A stretch of DNA of 64,000 nt from Ascidiella aspersa (lineage: Eukaryota), in contig OZ004615.1 in assembly GCA_963924565.1 (NCBI GenBank), forward strand, positions 7,378,001 through 7,442,000, read 5' to 3'. The position numbers and the translations under genes are program-made. A model generated the notes under the pieces. It saw only the letters and a program-made list of their open reading frames with translations. It ran no database searches and was not told where the DNA came from. Below, piece after piece: positions 1-13,119 of the stretch (the first letter of the stretch is position 1; the number at the start of each line of letters is the position of its first letter).

Positions 1-475
1 AGTACAAATTCAAAAAATATTCGCGCTTAGCGCCAACCTTTCTCTTATTTCAGTACTTTTTTTACCGTTGGCAATGAATTTAAACCCAGCAATATACAAC
101 TCGTCTTCATACAATTCATATTTGTGACATAACAAACAACTTAAATATGCTAGAATTAGATGCTGATACAATTAGCCTACTCGCGTTTACTAAATAAAAC
201 CACAGATGTTGAAGGAGTGGGTTGATTATGAGTCTCATTAATGTCTTTGTCTAGAGGAATTAACCTATCTTCTCCAAGGAAGGGACAGATTGTAGAAAAT
301 TGTTCATTTTATTGTCTGATTCAGACAAAATATCCACTCGATTTTCGTTGGCTTAAAGTGAGCCAGCAAGCGGTCTGAAACCGTTCTGTTTATTGACTGA
401 CCACTCAAGTTTGCGAAATCCGTAGGAATAATTCTGCCTAAAAGAAAGGTAAATACGTAATTGATCCTTATCGTA

Positions 476-1036
476 CAGTGGTTCTCAACCTTTTTTTTTA
501 CCCGTGGCCCCTTTGTGATGCTGTCAAATAGTCGCGGACCCCTTACATTTTTCTGGTGTAATATCTGCGTTTAGTTATTTTTAATTATTTAGTATATCTG
601 CCTAGTGCACCTTATGTAAGGTAAAGTAGCAGACAACGCCAAACTACTTTATGACACGCTTATTTTAATGTGATTTCTGCTGCTGTATCTCCGAAGTACG
701 GCAAGTCTTAAAATGCGTGGTTGTGTTTTTGACAATGCTAGACGTTGTCATCTTTGGGAACGATAGAAAAAGACAAAATCAAGTACATGTGAACTGTTGT
801 AATGATGCCTTCCATTTTACAAAATATTTGTGTTACATCACAATGGAAGTGGTAAGTCACACTCAATGCGATTTACAACATGTTACAATGTGATTTTATC
901 ACTTACCAAGAATGTGATTAAGAATGTTACCCAGCGTTAATTAATATAATAAAGGTAAATTTAGAAGTTTTTGCGAACCCCCTTAAAATGTTTTGCGGAC
1001 CCCCAGGGGTCCGTGGACCCCTGGGGGGGAACCACC
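476..1036. mobile_element. hAT-type MITE (CAGTGGTTCTCAA / GGACCCC family)
   Basis: Left end cagtggttctcaacc; subterminal (c)ggacccc repeats; degenerate right end ggaaccacct. Confidence 0.65.
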
Positions 1037-1722
1037 TAATATAATATTTCATTACATATAACACGTTACACGGGCGTTGCTATAAGTCGTTTTTCTCGAC
1101 TTTGTCTTATACGCGGAAATATAATTTCTGTCCAAATACGGTTTCAACAAAAGCCCTGACTTCATATAAACAATAAACAATACAACGGAACTGGCCAACA
1201 AATATCTGATAATAAAAATATCGATGTGTTTACTGAATGGCGCTTTAAACCATGTGGTTAACACTAAACGGATATGCGTAAGAACTCGCAGACCTTCTCG
1301 CTAGGCGGAAATTTGTGTCAGAAAAGTTATTTTGCAAATTTTTGCAAGGTTGTCTGCCATGGGCTTTTTTTCAGAAATTTTCCATTGCGACATTTTAACA
1401 GCGAATAAAAACGAATTATTTGTGAAAATAACAATGTTATACGCTACAATGTCAAACAACTTTCGCATAATCTGCAGGTTTACATTTAATCGCTTCTTAA
1501 AACTTTGTGTGCGATGTTTCTATCTAAACAATGATACTATAATATCTTATAGTATCTTTGATCTAAAAAACAATACCTTAATGCTGATCATTGTGGCTAT
1601 GAAATATATTATTCGGAAATGGAACAAGTTGCGATATTAACTTGTTTCAAAAGTTTTAAGAAAGCCCAGCTGATTTAGAAGCAAATTTAGAATATTTTGG
1701 CCGACAAAGATTTCTATCATTG

Positions 1723-3826
1723 TGTATATTTCAACAGGGGAGACATGACCACCGTGCTATCTGATTCCACTAAATCGAAACTAAAACCAACTGCCATTGT
1801 AATTTAAAGAACATACTGTCAGGTCGCTTATAGATTTATTGTACTTTCACATAATTTAGCATATTTCGCTTTCAATAAAAGAGCTTACAGCGCAGCAAAA
1901 CGCGTATCGCCAGTAAGGCGTGCATTGTTGACTGTTGTGTTTTATCCAGCAGTAGCGTGACACTATATAGCACAAGAGCGACTGCGATGGGGAGTGGGAG
2001 TTAATTGATTTGCCAGATCGGCCAGGAAAGGAAATGAGTATCGAGGTGAAATATTTAACACTTTACCAGGCGAACACGCTATAATTACAAGCACAAACAG
2101 ATATACGTCGTTCCTCTACATCATTTCCCTCCTCCCTGGAAAACGAAAAAGGTCTCGAGCAGTTCGTTGGGCTGCGCTTCTTCTTTAAAATCTTCCCAGG
2201 ATCCGATCACGAGTCGACCAGGAACCGCAGAACATCGGACGTTTGTGCAATATCGATCCAGCACGTATTGGGAATCGTGGCGTTCAATAGAGCTAAAAAT
2301 GTTCATGAATTCCTTGTCTTGGCGGCAAACGGACAATTCCAGGGGTAGCTGATTGTACGACACGATGCAATCTGAAATGGTACTTAAAAGGCACAATAAA
2401 CAACAATGCAAAACACTTTTGAATAGCCTATAATGCAGAAAATGATTGTCTTAAAACGCAATTCTAATTTCAAATCGCAAAACAGAAGTTAGTTGCTTAG
2501 AGTCTTTTGCTCTAGAATACCAATTAAAAGGGGGTAAGGTGCTAATCTCAGAAACGCGAAAACAAATTACATCGCCTAGTCCACATTTGATGGGTTCCCT
2601 AAATAGCAGACATAATAACCTTGGCGCAAAGGGTCATTCTAGAAAGTTACTCTCTGCATGCTAGTAACTTCATGTGGACTACATGACGGTTATCTCACAC
2701 CGTCTGAAAAGTAAATGAGGCATCAAAGGCCTTAAAAATCATGGGCTTATAATACCCAGAGCATGCTCGCTTGCAGTCACAAATGAGATAAATCTCGCGT
2801 TATGTTGGGAATTGGCACAAGGTTTGGCCTTCTGCTCTGTTTTCCTTCTATAATGAAACATAACGGTTAAGTGACGCAGGGATTTCACACAAAGTGGTCA
2901 GGTTATTTTCGGTGAGATATAAAGCATCAATCACCATAACACGTGACCATAGAGACAATAGCCGCAGTGGCTTTGACACTTTAGAAGTAACGACTTCTGT
3001 AAGTGCTGGTTGAGATAGAATCTATCCGTTTATTGGTTTTGACATTAGATATCACGAGAGATGTTCGCAGTCAACCTCGATCGTAATATTTTCACCTTAA
3101 AAACTTTACCAAAAAAAGGGCCATAATTTCGCAACAATAACTATAACAGTCTTGCGTAACCACTAATTTAAAGCGTCAAACGATTTTTCTCTGCATTACG
3201 GCTAATCAAATATCAATTTAACAAGCAATAACGCTGGCATAAACTTGTCAACAAACGTTTCAACAAATCATAACTGATCGGCGTAGCTTAAAAATACTTA
3301 CAAGCGAGAAACTGCGCTAGCAAACCAAATGATACTTTCTATGCAACCTGACAGTATGCATAAAATTTAAATCAGAAGGGTTTAATTGCCTGTTCATATC
3401 TCAGTCGGGGTCTCCAATGTATATTTCAACAGGTGAGACATGACCACCGTGCTATCTGACTCCACTAAATCGAAACTAAAACAAACTGCCATTGTAATTT
3501 AAAGAGCATACTGTCAGGTCGCTTACAGATTTATTGTATATTCACATAATTTAGCATATTTCGCTTTCAATAAAAGAGCTTACAGCGCAGTAAAAACACG
3601 TGTTGCCAGTAAGGCGTGCATTGTTGACTGTGTGTTTTGTCCAGCAGTAGCGTGACACTATATAGCACAAGAGCGACTGCGGTGGGGATTAATTAAGTCG
3701 AAATGCCGACTGGATTTGCCAGAACGGCCACGAAAGGAAATGAGTATCGAGGTGAAATATTTAACACTTTACCAGGCGAACACGCTATAATTACAAGCAC
3801 AAACATACATGCGTCGTTCCTCTACA
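1723..3826 (-). mobile_element. Non-autonomous LTR retrotransposon (TRIM/LARD-like, probably Ty3/gypsy-derived)
   Basis: Two ~400-bp direct repeats (1723-2120, 3418-3826) with TGTA...TACA ends and a 4-bp TSD ATTG (1719-1722 / 3827-3830). Minus-strand PBS TGGAGACCCCGAC next to the 5' LTR (12/13 to the tRNA-Trp PBS TGGTGACCCCGAC). PPT AGGGAGGAGGGAAA at ~2137-2124. No gag/pol ORF in the 1.3-kb interior. Confidence 0.9.
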
Positions 3827-4351
3827 ATTGTAATTAATCTCTTAATTCTCTTCATTACATAAAGGCATATAGATACTTCATTTAGCTATATTCTCTTTTT
3901 AGGAATATTTTGGAACCAGCAGGCATTCTTGTTTTTATTTCTCATGTTTTTTTCGAGAGAGATTTAACAATGAACAAAGTTATTTTAACACATACACCGA
4001 ATGAACAATAGAAAACGATTGGCCCAAAGCACAACCGGTCGTCAACGTGGATTGCGAATTACTTCATTGCAGTGAGAGTTCAACTTAAAACACGTGTGTT
4101 TTATGACCCTGTATTTTATTATCATTTTATTTTCATTTTAACAATTAAACTAACATTTAGTTACCACTATTAAACTTTGCCAGCCTCAGAATTGGGTCTT
4201 TCCCTGTAAAATTTTGAGAGAAAAAAGTGGCAAGATTTAAAAAAAACGCAGAAAATCGTTTGTTTTGTGGTCGTCGTTGCAGCCGAATGATTCACGCAGT
4301 ATTCAATACTTGTTTCCAACGCATTTTGTATTGCTGTAGTATAGCTGTTAC

Positions 4352-7300
4352 ATGAGAACGCAATTTTGTCAACTTTTTAAATCGGCCAGATTTTACTTAC
4401 GTTACACAAAAAAGATGGACATTTTGTCGAAGCCTAATATCCACATGAAAGATGAATCGCTGGTTTACCAGAAGATCAAAGCTCTTGTTGACGGCGGGCC
4501 AGGCTCTTTGCAGGTTCGTCTGTTCGGAAATCTTCATAATAATATTTGTCAAACTAAGCAACTGTTTGGGGCGCTGGTTAAGAATCATACCACAACTCAC
4601 ATTATTTGTTTGGGTTAGGGTGCTAGTTAGTTTTTGGTGAGGGTGGGTCAATTATTATTAAATTAATATTGCTTAACCCACCCAAACCCAGATGCTAAGC
4701 AGCACCCTAACCTAAATACTGTGCGTTGATTTAATAATTGTTTCAACGCTGTGGTAGGTATATAGACCAGCGCCCTGTTTAGCTCTAGTTCTTATGTACA
4801 TATAACTGTAACTAACTATACTTGAAAATTTTATAATAACATGTCTTTTGTTGTAATCTTATAACTTTGTTGTCTTCCATTATAACAGTGGTTTCCAATC
4901 CGATTTCTTTCCAAGATCTTGCCCAAATCCATTGTCATTCAGTGCAAAATGTGGCCGCCTAGTGAATTTACAATTTAAATAGCTGCTTTTAATGTATATA
5001 TTGTCCTATTTTGGCATTGGATTTCGGCCCTAAAAATATTTGGCGACCATAATTAGTGAAATGCATTCTGGGTTGCAAAATTTTAAGCTTAGGGGTGTTG
5101 AATGTCAATATATATTTTAGAAATTATTTAGAATTCTAATTTTTGCTTTATTGAAAAGCTTTTACATACAATTGTATTTGTATGGGTATGACTTGAGTGC
5201 AATATATAAACAAATATTTACTTTCATCAGGCATAATTGATGTTATAAGTCTAGCAGTTTTACCTATCATATGTGTGTGCAGTGTGCACCAGGTTGGAAA
5301 GTAAGGCCTGCTCTGGGGGTAAATCCCCGCACAGTTTTTCGCTCAGCCGCGGTCATAGCCACACATTTCATGTAAAATCAACGTTAAATGCGATCAGCCG
5401 GAAAAGTTCGCTCAAACGCGCAAAACTTTCGTCGCTCTAAATTTTCAGTGTAGTACTCCATTTGCAGCTGTGCAAATATTGCAAATAACGTTATTACAGC
5501 CGTGCAAATTTTGGCAGAAATATTATTTCAGCCGCGCAATTTCAAGCTGCAAAATCATCTCCCCCGCGCAAAATCCAAAGTTTCCAATCTGGTGTTTGCA
5601 GTAATGATGCAATGATTTATTAAGTACAAATTAAAGTCAATTTTATGTTAATCATCTATATAACCAAATGCCATGTAACTAATGAACTGCATAACTTCTT
5701 GTCTTCAAATAGAACTTAAATTTTTTTATTCTTGTTTTACTTTTTCATTAGGTTATCAGTGACTTTGACATGACATTAAGTCGATATTCCTACAACAACA
5801 AAAGATGCCCCAGTTGCCATGGTAAGCTATTGATAAGCATCATGCATTCCCTAAAAAAACATTTTTTAAAGTTATCAAGTTGAAAAGATCTCTTTATATT
5901 GAATGTTTGCTGCATTTTTAAGTTTTATTAAATGCCTTTAAAGTGATATACATATTTTCAATTCTTTAGGTCTTAAACCTTTGTATTAAAGCTAAATTTT
6001 GATTTTGTAGGAATTTTGGAATCATCTTTGGTCATGCCGCAAAGCTCAAGGGAAAAATTATGGGATCTCAAAACAAAGTATTACGCAATTGAAATAGATC
6101 ACAGTATGACAACGGAGGAAAAAATACCTCACATGATTGAATGGTGAGCGTATTCATTTGTAGTGAGCTACCATTATCAAGGAAAACGAACAGTTTTCAA
6201 CTGAAATTAAACTTTTGAGAACAATTGCCTATATCAGTGGTCGGCAAGCTTTTTTGGCGTGGCCCAAAGTACTCTTTTTAGAGCTATTAAAGGCCCACTA
6301 CAAAAACCTACTACGAAAACAGTGGCGGTTTTAGGATATTTTTTTAAGGTGAAGTATTACACGGTGCCTTGATGACCAAAACAACAGTCATGCCATAATG
6401 TAAAACATAGTATGAAATGACAAATATATGTGCAAAGGGCGGAAAATTTTGCGTTTACAAAAATATAGTTCAGGTAGGCTGCTCAGGACCACATTTGGCA
6501 CAATGGGAACCACGCTGAGACTAGGGTTGGGCATTTGACCGGTCAAATAAAATCCGGTCAATTGACCGGTCAAATACTCGTCAAATAGGTCAAATATTGG
6601 TCAAATACTATACACACTATCAAAATGCAATTAAAGTTAAAAATAAACCTTGATTTTAACTTTAAATAAGTATATGAACATTTTGGCTTATGTACAATAG
6701 TTTACAAAACAAAAACAATTAGTTTTTGATTATCAATAAGAATTTTTGCAAAACCATGCCCATCTTGCAAGCAATACTATAGCAGTATTGTAGTAACTTT
6801 TACCATTACTACAACCACCAAGTAAAGCCAACAAGTTTATTAACCAAATTTTACAACAAATAAATGCATCAGTAAAAAAGATTGTGGTATACCCAGTGGT
6901 GGGAAACATTTTTATTGTTAGCAGTTTCTATCGAAAAAGTCACATTTTAAACCGGTCCTGTTACAAAAAGTCTTATTTTTAGGCAGTGAACAGATAATTT
7001 TTAGATATACGACAGAACTTCGTTTTATGAAGACAACCTCTTCTTTTCCTATCACATTCTTATAAACCAAACTATCTAACAACCTATTCTTGAGATTAAA
7101 GTAGTTGCAAAAACTGGGTGCAACCCCAGGTTCCAGCAAATGGTGCGAACTAGCTGAATCCCATCACTGCTATATAACAGCCACATTAAAAAGCAGAGTT
7201 TTTTACTTGTACTTATGACGTAGCAATTCAATTTTCAGACAAACAATCACAAAAGAAAAAAAATAATTATAAAAAATTAACACAATGTATAACTTTTACT

Positions 7301-10300
7301 TGAGAACTTAACCACTGCACATTATGAAAAAAACAAACACGTGAGCTACTTGGATCTCAAAATTCGGTGTATCAGATAAGATGCAAAAATCTATTGGCAG
7401 TAACCAGTAATGCTAACCGGTTCGCTGATCTCATAAAATTTTGTAAGGCGGGTCTATAGAACCGGCTTAATCCCACCACTGGAACTAGTGTTTTCTTTTA
7501 TGACAAACGCGATTCATGATATATGTGTACTTATTCTAAACAAAATAAATCTACTTTGCTATTACAAACACTTTGTGATTACCACAGAACCTGTGTTTGC
7601 ATCAGGTAAACCCTACCATTTTATATTTGAATTCTTTAAAAAAGTTACAATCAAGATTATTTAAAACTCAAATCACAAAGCAACTCTTAAAAAAGTATTT
7701 GACCGGTTAAATAAAGTGTGGTCAATTGACTGTATTTGACCAGTCAATTGACAGGCTTGCCAACCCTAGCTGAGACAATATAAAATTCTAAGCCACATGT
7801 ACAACAAATGAAATGCAAATGAGTGTACAACTATAAATGCAAATGAATGTACGGCAATTAATGTAAGTGTATCATGCGGCCCACAACTTTATGATAACAC
7901 TAATATATTCAAAAATGACTCGCCGCCCACTAAAAATGGATCTGCGGCCCACAGTTTGCCGACCACTGTCCTATATATTAACCCAAAGCTGTAAACCAGT
8001 TTTGTTTGGTGAAATATTATTAAACTTTAGGTAGATTGTTTAGCATTGATTCAGAGACAAAGTGAAATGCAGTTCTATCAATTTACTGACAATATTTTTA
8101 TTACTATTTTGTTTATTGCACCGCTCCGAACAAAAATCAGTCAGCAAAGGTCTAAAAGAGCGGTGCGCTTCTCAAGCTTTTATGAAAAAAAAAAATTTTT
8201 AGAACTTTTATCGTCGGCATTATGTGTTCTGTTGGAGGGCAAGATTCTGTTGTTAATACACATACTAAGCTTATTTTGTTTATCTTAATAATTGTAATTG
8301 TTTTTAGGTGGAGTAAAGCACATGCTGTAATGAGTTTGTCAAATATTGAGTTTGAACACATACAAGAAGCAGTCACAGCATCTGATGCCAGGCTAAAGTA
8401 TGACTCGTTTTTTACAGTTTACTGCCATTTGAAATGTTTTTTTTTTGTTTACCAATTTTAGCTTGTTTTAAGTGTTTCTTTGAGCTAGATTATATATTTT
8501 AATTGTCACATGTCTGAATATATATATGTACAAAGGGATGGCTGCGATGAGCTGTTTTCTGAACTCAACGACCTATCAATCCCTCTCTTGATATTTTCTG
8601 CTGGAGTCGGCGACGTGTTAAAAGAGGTTATCAAGCAGAAGTCGACTTTTTACCCAAACATGAAAATCGTTGCCAACTTTTTGAATTTTGATAAAAATGT
8701 GAGTTTTTCTCAAGTATTGTTTTGCTACTTTACACCTATATAACTAATGTAGGAACAATACCGTATTTTGAATGTTCTTACCAAATGTTCAAACTGCTTA
8801 AAATAAAAATATGCATAAATAACGACAACAATAACAGGAACATGCAAATCTGTAAATTTTTTTATAATTTTTTTGAGGAACAAAAAGTAGCTTGTTAAAA
8901 AATGATCAAGGTTCTCCCACAATGGTGTTTAAACAGGGGCAGAGAAAACAATGCATCAAGGACGAGGTTGCAAGATTATAAGTCAGAGAAAAATTTCAAG
9001 TGTACATCAACAAAAAGAAATCGTTTTAGCATGGTAGATGATAAAATAGCAACAGAAGTGCAATAATTATAGCCTGATATATGCTGTAAATAATGTTGAA
9101 ACAAATATGCCCTGTTTTTGCTTCTAGCAATTCGTTTCATGAAACTACATATTCAAATTAGTACACTTAACTTGCAACATTTGTAAAAAGGGTTATGAAG
9201 AAAGTGACAATAGATTGAAACGTACAAAACATTTGCCTGCTTTAATAGACCATACTACTGGTCATGCAAGTTATAGCCCGTCGGCCCAGGTCGAAACATT
9301 TTAAGTTCCTTTGTTTCCCCAGGGTCACATGAACGGCCTTAAAGGTGACCTGATCCACGTGTTCAACAAGAACGAAGGGGCGCTTTGTCACTCGGAGTAC
9401 TTCAACAAGATTCGCCACCGGCACAACATTCTGCTGCTCGGCGATTCAATGGGCGACCTTCAAATGGCCGACGGGGTCGAGGATATGTCGACTTGCCTCA
9501 AAATCGGATACCTCAACCATAAAGTAAATTGCCTTTAAGCCGCGACAGACTGATCGATCATGAAGCAATTTGGCTTCAAACCTCAGCGGTTTTTATAACT
9601 TCCGACAGACTCTTGAAAAGTGCGGTTTCATAAATGTGCTCTACTGCGACTCAATTGTTTTCGTTATCGTTCCCCCCAGCACTGCATAAGTTTATTTAGT
9701 CTAAAGAATTAACCCACCAGAACCGAATCACTGAAATAAGCACGTTGCCACTCACTTAATGATTTGATCAAAATTTAGTTTTGGCTTTTTAGTTTTATTA
9801 CTTTTTTCACCCTTATTTATTTAGTCTTTACTTGACTTGCTATGCTTAGTGCACCCGACAGTAAGTATATCTTACACCAAGATAAGTGACCCTCATCAAA
9901 AGGGTCACTGAACCCAGATACTTTTAGGCGTTTTCGAATGTCAACAGCGACGGCCATGTCTTTAGGGTATATTTTTCCGTTCCCTATGTTCATGCGTGAT
10001 AAGTGCCCTGTTTTCCATATTCTTAGGCCTTCAGTTCACACTCAAACAAGTTAAAGGTCACCGAGCTTTATATGCAACGTAAACAAATAAGTGTTGTTTT
10101 TATAAACAAAAAACTTTGTTATGCTAACAACGAGCAACCTCGCCTCTTTAGGTCTAACTTCAAATTCATGCGTTACAATTAATTATCTTTTATATATAGC
10201 CCTTTAGGTTTTCGCCAAGCCAGTTAAAAGTCTGGTTGTGTTATTTTTTCCAGGTTGACGTTCTGCTAGACAGCTACCTCGACGCTTGGGATATTGTGCT

Positions 10301-10367
10301 TGTGGATGACCACACCATGGATGTTACCAACGCCATCCTGTCTCTTATAAAAGGCCCTAAAACCTAA
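4352..10367 (+). CDS. NT5C3: Cytosolic 5'-nucleotidase III (HAD family, pyrimidine/m7GMP nucleotidase), 7 exons, 310 aa
   Basis: Exons 4352-4513, 5752-5821, 6011-6143, 8308-8397, 8536-8698, 9323-9523, 10254-10367, all GT-AG and phase-consistent (933 nt). Motifs: [13 protein letters not shown] (HAD motif I), [68 protein letters not shown]. Confidence 0.96.
5287..5594. mobile_element. MITE in NT5C3 intron 1
   Basis: TIR caccaggttggaaa / tttccaatctggtg; internal cagccg(c/t)gcaa repeats. Confidence 0.6.
6522..7768. mobile_element. hAT-type non-autonomous element nested in 6235-7968
   Basis: TIR TAGGGTTGG / CCAACCCTA, subterminal TTGACCGGTCAA repeats, perfect 8-bp TSD GCTGAGAC. Confidence 0.9.
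6894..7481. mobile_element. Third-level nested MITE remnant
   Basis: TIR CAGTGGTGGGA / TCCCACCACTG, with a second right-end-like copy at ~7160-7169; no clear TSD. Confidence 0.5.
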
Positions 10368-11026
10368 TGCATCTTATAAAACCGCTTCACCGTACCTCAC
10401 ACAATTTGCTGCTCCTGTTAAAGTGTTTGGTGTTGGAGCTTCTTCGATCATTTTGCCTGCTGAGCGTTTCATTTAGTGATAAAAAGTTATTTTGTCGTTG
10501 ACACGCGTTTTTAGCAAAACGTTTCCGAATTTTATTGGATTGTATGCCTGATAGGTTTAACCAAACGCTATCTATAAACTAAATATGCTATTTGCTATGT
10601 CGAACACTGCCCGATCTATTTCTGCTGTGTATACTGTCTGCCATTGGTTTGGTTTCTGCATATTAGTAATTGTAGTTGCCAAGATTTGTGGTGCCATTTT
10701 GGTTGTGCGCCTGTTCTATTTCGTAGAACTATTGGTTATGTATCAAAGGAACGTTTATTATGGTGGTAAAAACGGGATATCTCTGCAAAGAAAACTGTGA
10801 AATGTGAAAACACTATTTCAGGACAGGACAATTTTATTCCAACCTAGTGTGCATCCTATTAACATATTTAGACACAATGTCACGAATGCTATGCACAAAA
10901 ATATCCGCTTTTCACGCACAAGAGAATTTTTACTCATTAAAAATAGACAAGTGTAGCAGATTACATCACAAAGACCGATCAGCAGTTGCAGACATTGGAT
11001 AAATTAACTCGTGCTTGTTAGAAGCA

Positions 11027-11352
11027 AAATTAAGAATATTGTTGGACAAAAGCCCAAACCGCAAAGGGTATACTAAATATATTTCAAACAAGTTGAGCCA
11101 AATTACCATAGCATTTTTAATTTAGCGTAACTTTCTTTTAACACAAAATGTTTTCTATTAATTATACTGTAACCAAAATAAAGCTGAATTAAGATTTATG
11201 TAGGACGAAAACCCAAACCGGAAAGGATATACACAATATATTTCAAAGTTAAGCCAAATAACCATAGCTTTTTTAATTTGGCCTAACACTTTTTTAAAGC
11301 AAAATGTTTTATATTTATTCTTAGGAAACTGTAACCAAAATTAAGCTAAATA
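11027..11352 (+). repeat. ~160-bp tandem duplication downstream of NT5C3
   Basis: aattaaga...ggac(a/g)aaa..cccaaaccg..aagg.tatac...ctgtaaccaaaat.aagct occurs twice. Confidence 0.8.
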
Positions 11353-13119
11353 ATTTGGCTAAAAGCTGGCTTCTTTTAAAGTCCTAGAGCAAAACATAAT
11401 AATCGGCCAATTCCACAAAAATGTGAAAGATATAATTAACCGCTAGACGATGCAAAAGAGCAAAAACGGTACTTTTCTGTCCAGCGTCGCGTTACAGCAA
11501 AGCACAATAGCGCGGCGTGCGCTCAAGTGCTGTTCCAAATTGCTTTTCAAAAGGGTCGCTTTTGTATAAGGTAAAAACGTTAAGAATGTAAGTACGTTGT
11601 TGTGGCCTGTTAGCGCCGAAACATGGTGCTGAGATTTGTTGTAGACTTGAAATTCCAGGTACCTGGCTGGCGCGACTAATTACTTAACTGTTTCGTTAGC
11701 CGTTCGGCCAAAAGTGAAACTAAGATTGGAGGCGGGAACATATATTTAAAGGTGCCGAACTTACAACAATGATTGTGTAACTGTTAATAGAGTTTGACAC
11801 AGGTTTAGAGCTAAATTTGTGGTTCAGAAAGACAGTTACTTTTGTAATAGGAAATGTCTGCAAGGTCAGTTTTACTTGGAGACCTATGATATGAATCAAT
11901 ACGGTTTTAGCATGGCAAAATGACAACTGTATGTTATTGTTAGTGTATCTGAAGTGCTCTTTTGTATTTGTTAGCCCAGCATTATAACAAGTTGTTCTAA
12001 AACGAAGCAAGTTGTGTATATGTAAAACTAAATTTCATACAATTGAAGCTTTCTTGTATAATTGAATTGTTATACCAGTTTCACAATCCAGATTGTTTAG
12101 ATAAACCTTGTTAGCTGCAAGGCTAATGGTCGATTGTTGCCTAACAACGGTATAAAAATCTTGTACCGATTGATTGCGACGTGCATTGTAATCCCCTCCA
12201 TTGCTCTTTATCGTCAGGCACACGATTAGTATTTGTATCGCGTTTCATTAATCGATCAAAAGCAAGTATAATGTAGCGATCAGCGACCGCCTAAATCCAT
12301 TTGTAAATTACGCGTTCAATCATTAATTTTTTACCAATGAATACTCCGTGGAGAATAAACAGCAAGTTCATTTACATGTTTATGCTGCGCTTACAATTTT
12401 TTTTAAACGGGAACCGTGCTGGGTCATGTTACTATAGTGTTTTATTATTGTGCACATCACTGGGTTTGTACGAAAATCTCGGATTATATTAGCTAGAGCC
12501 AGGGTGCATTATTAACCTAGTTGTGATGCGCCATGCTTGCCTTACTGTAACAATGTGTTTAGTGGTGGAGTATAGAAGTCATTGTGCACCGGTTGACAAA
12601 ATTTAAATAATGTTTCGATTAAATTGTTCAAATCTTACAGGACGCTTTTCGTTTTAAAGTGAAACAAAAGGGTGATTTTTCTTTCATACGATGCATGTTT
12701 TACAGCATTAACGGGACCGTAAAAATGCGTGCCTAACTCAAATTGAACGCCATTTATGCATTCACATGCATTCAATCTAGAAGGGGCTTATTTTGTGTTT
12801 TTATTACCCCTTTACTTCGTAAAGTATCAAAATACTAAACAAATTTTGGTATATTTTTCATCTTTCATTTTTATCTGAAAAACAGTCCATCCGGAATTTG
12901 GAACGCTTTGAAATGTTAGCATAATTTCCCGCTTGATTAGGTATGTTCGAATATTCTGTTATGATGTTATTTGATCTAGAATTGTGCATTCCATGTTACT
13001 TATACACCGGTAGGTTGTAAATGCGTAACCTATTGGTATCGTTTTGTTTCCCCCTAAAGTGCGTTAGGGAAGCATTCCTTTTTTGTTGTTTCGGCATCGC
13101 AACTTTATTGCCAGCGAAT

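Larger units (their letters stand above)
6235..7968. mobile_element. hAT-type MITE (outer element of a nest) in NT5C3 intron 3
   Basis: TIR CAGTGGTCGGCAA / TTGCCGACCACTG; 8-bp TSD gcctatat / tcctatat (7/8). Confidence 0.85.

Noticed and set aside
190-1360. Exon-like minus-strand patches (~200-437, ~1066-1156, ~1260-1360)
   Set aside because: Frames are interrupted by stops, no consistent splice chain and no recognisable protein; possibly a decayed gene but not supportable.
8398-8535. Possible U12-type intron in NT5C3 (GTATGACT)
   Set aside because: Lacks the GTATCCTT donor and TCCTTAAC branch consensus.
11720-12223. Intergenic minus-strand ORFs
   Set aside because: No ATG start, splice support or recognisable motif.
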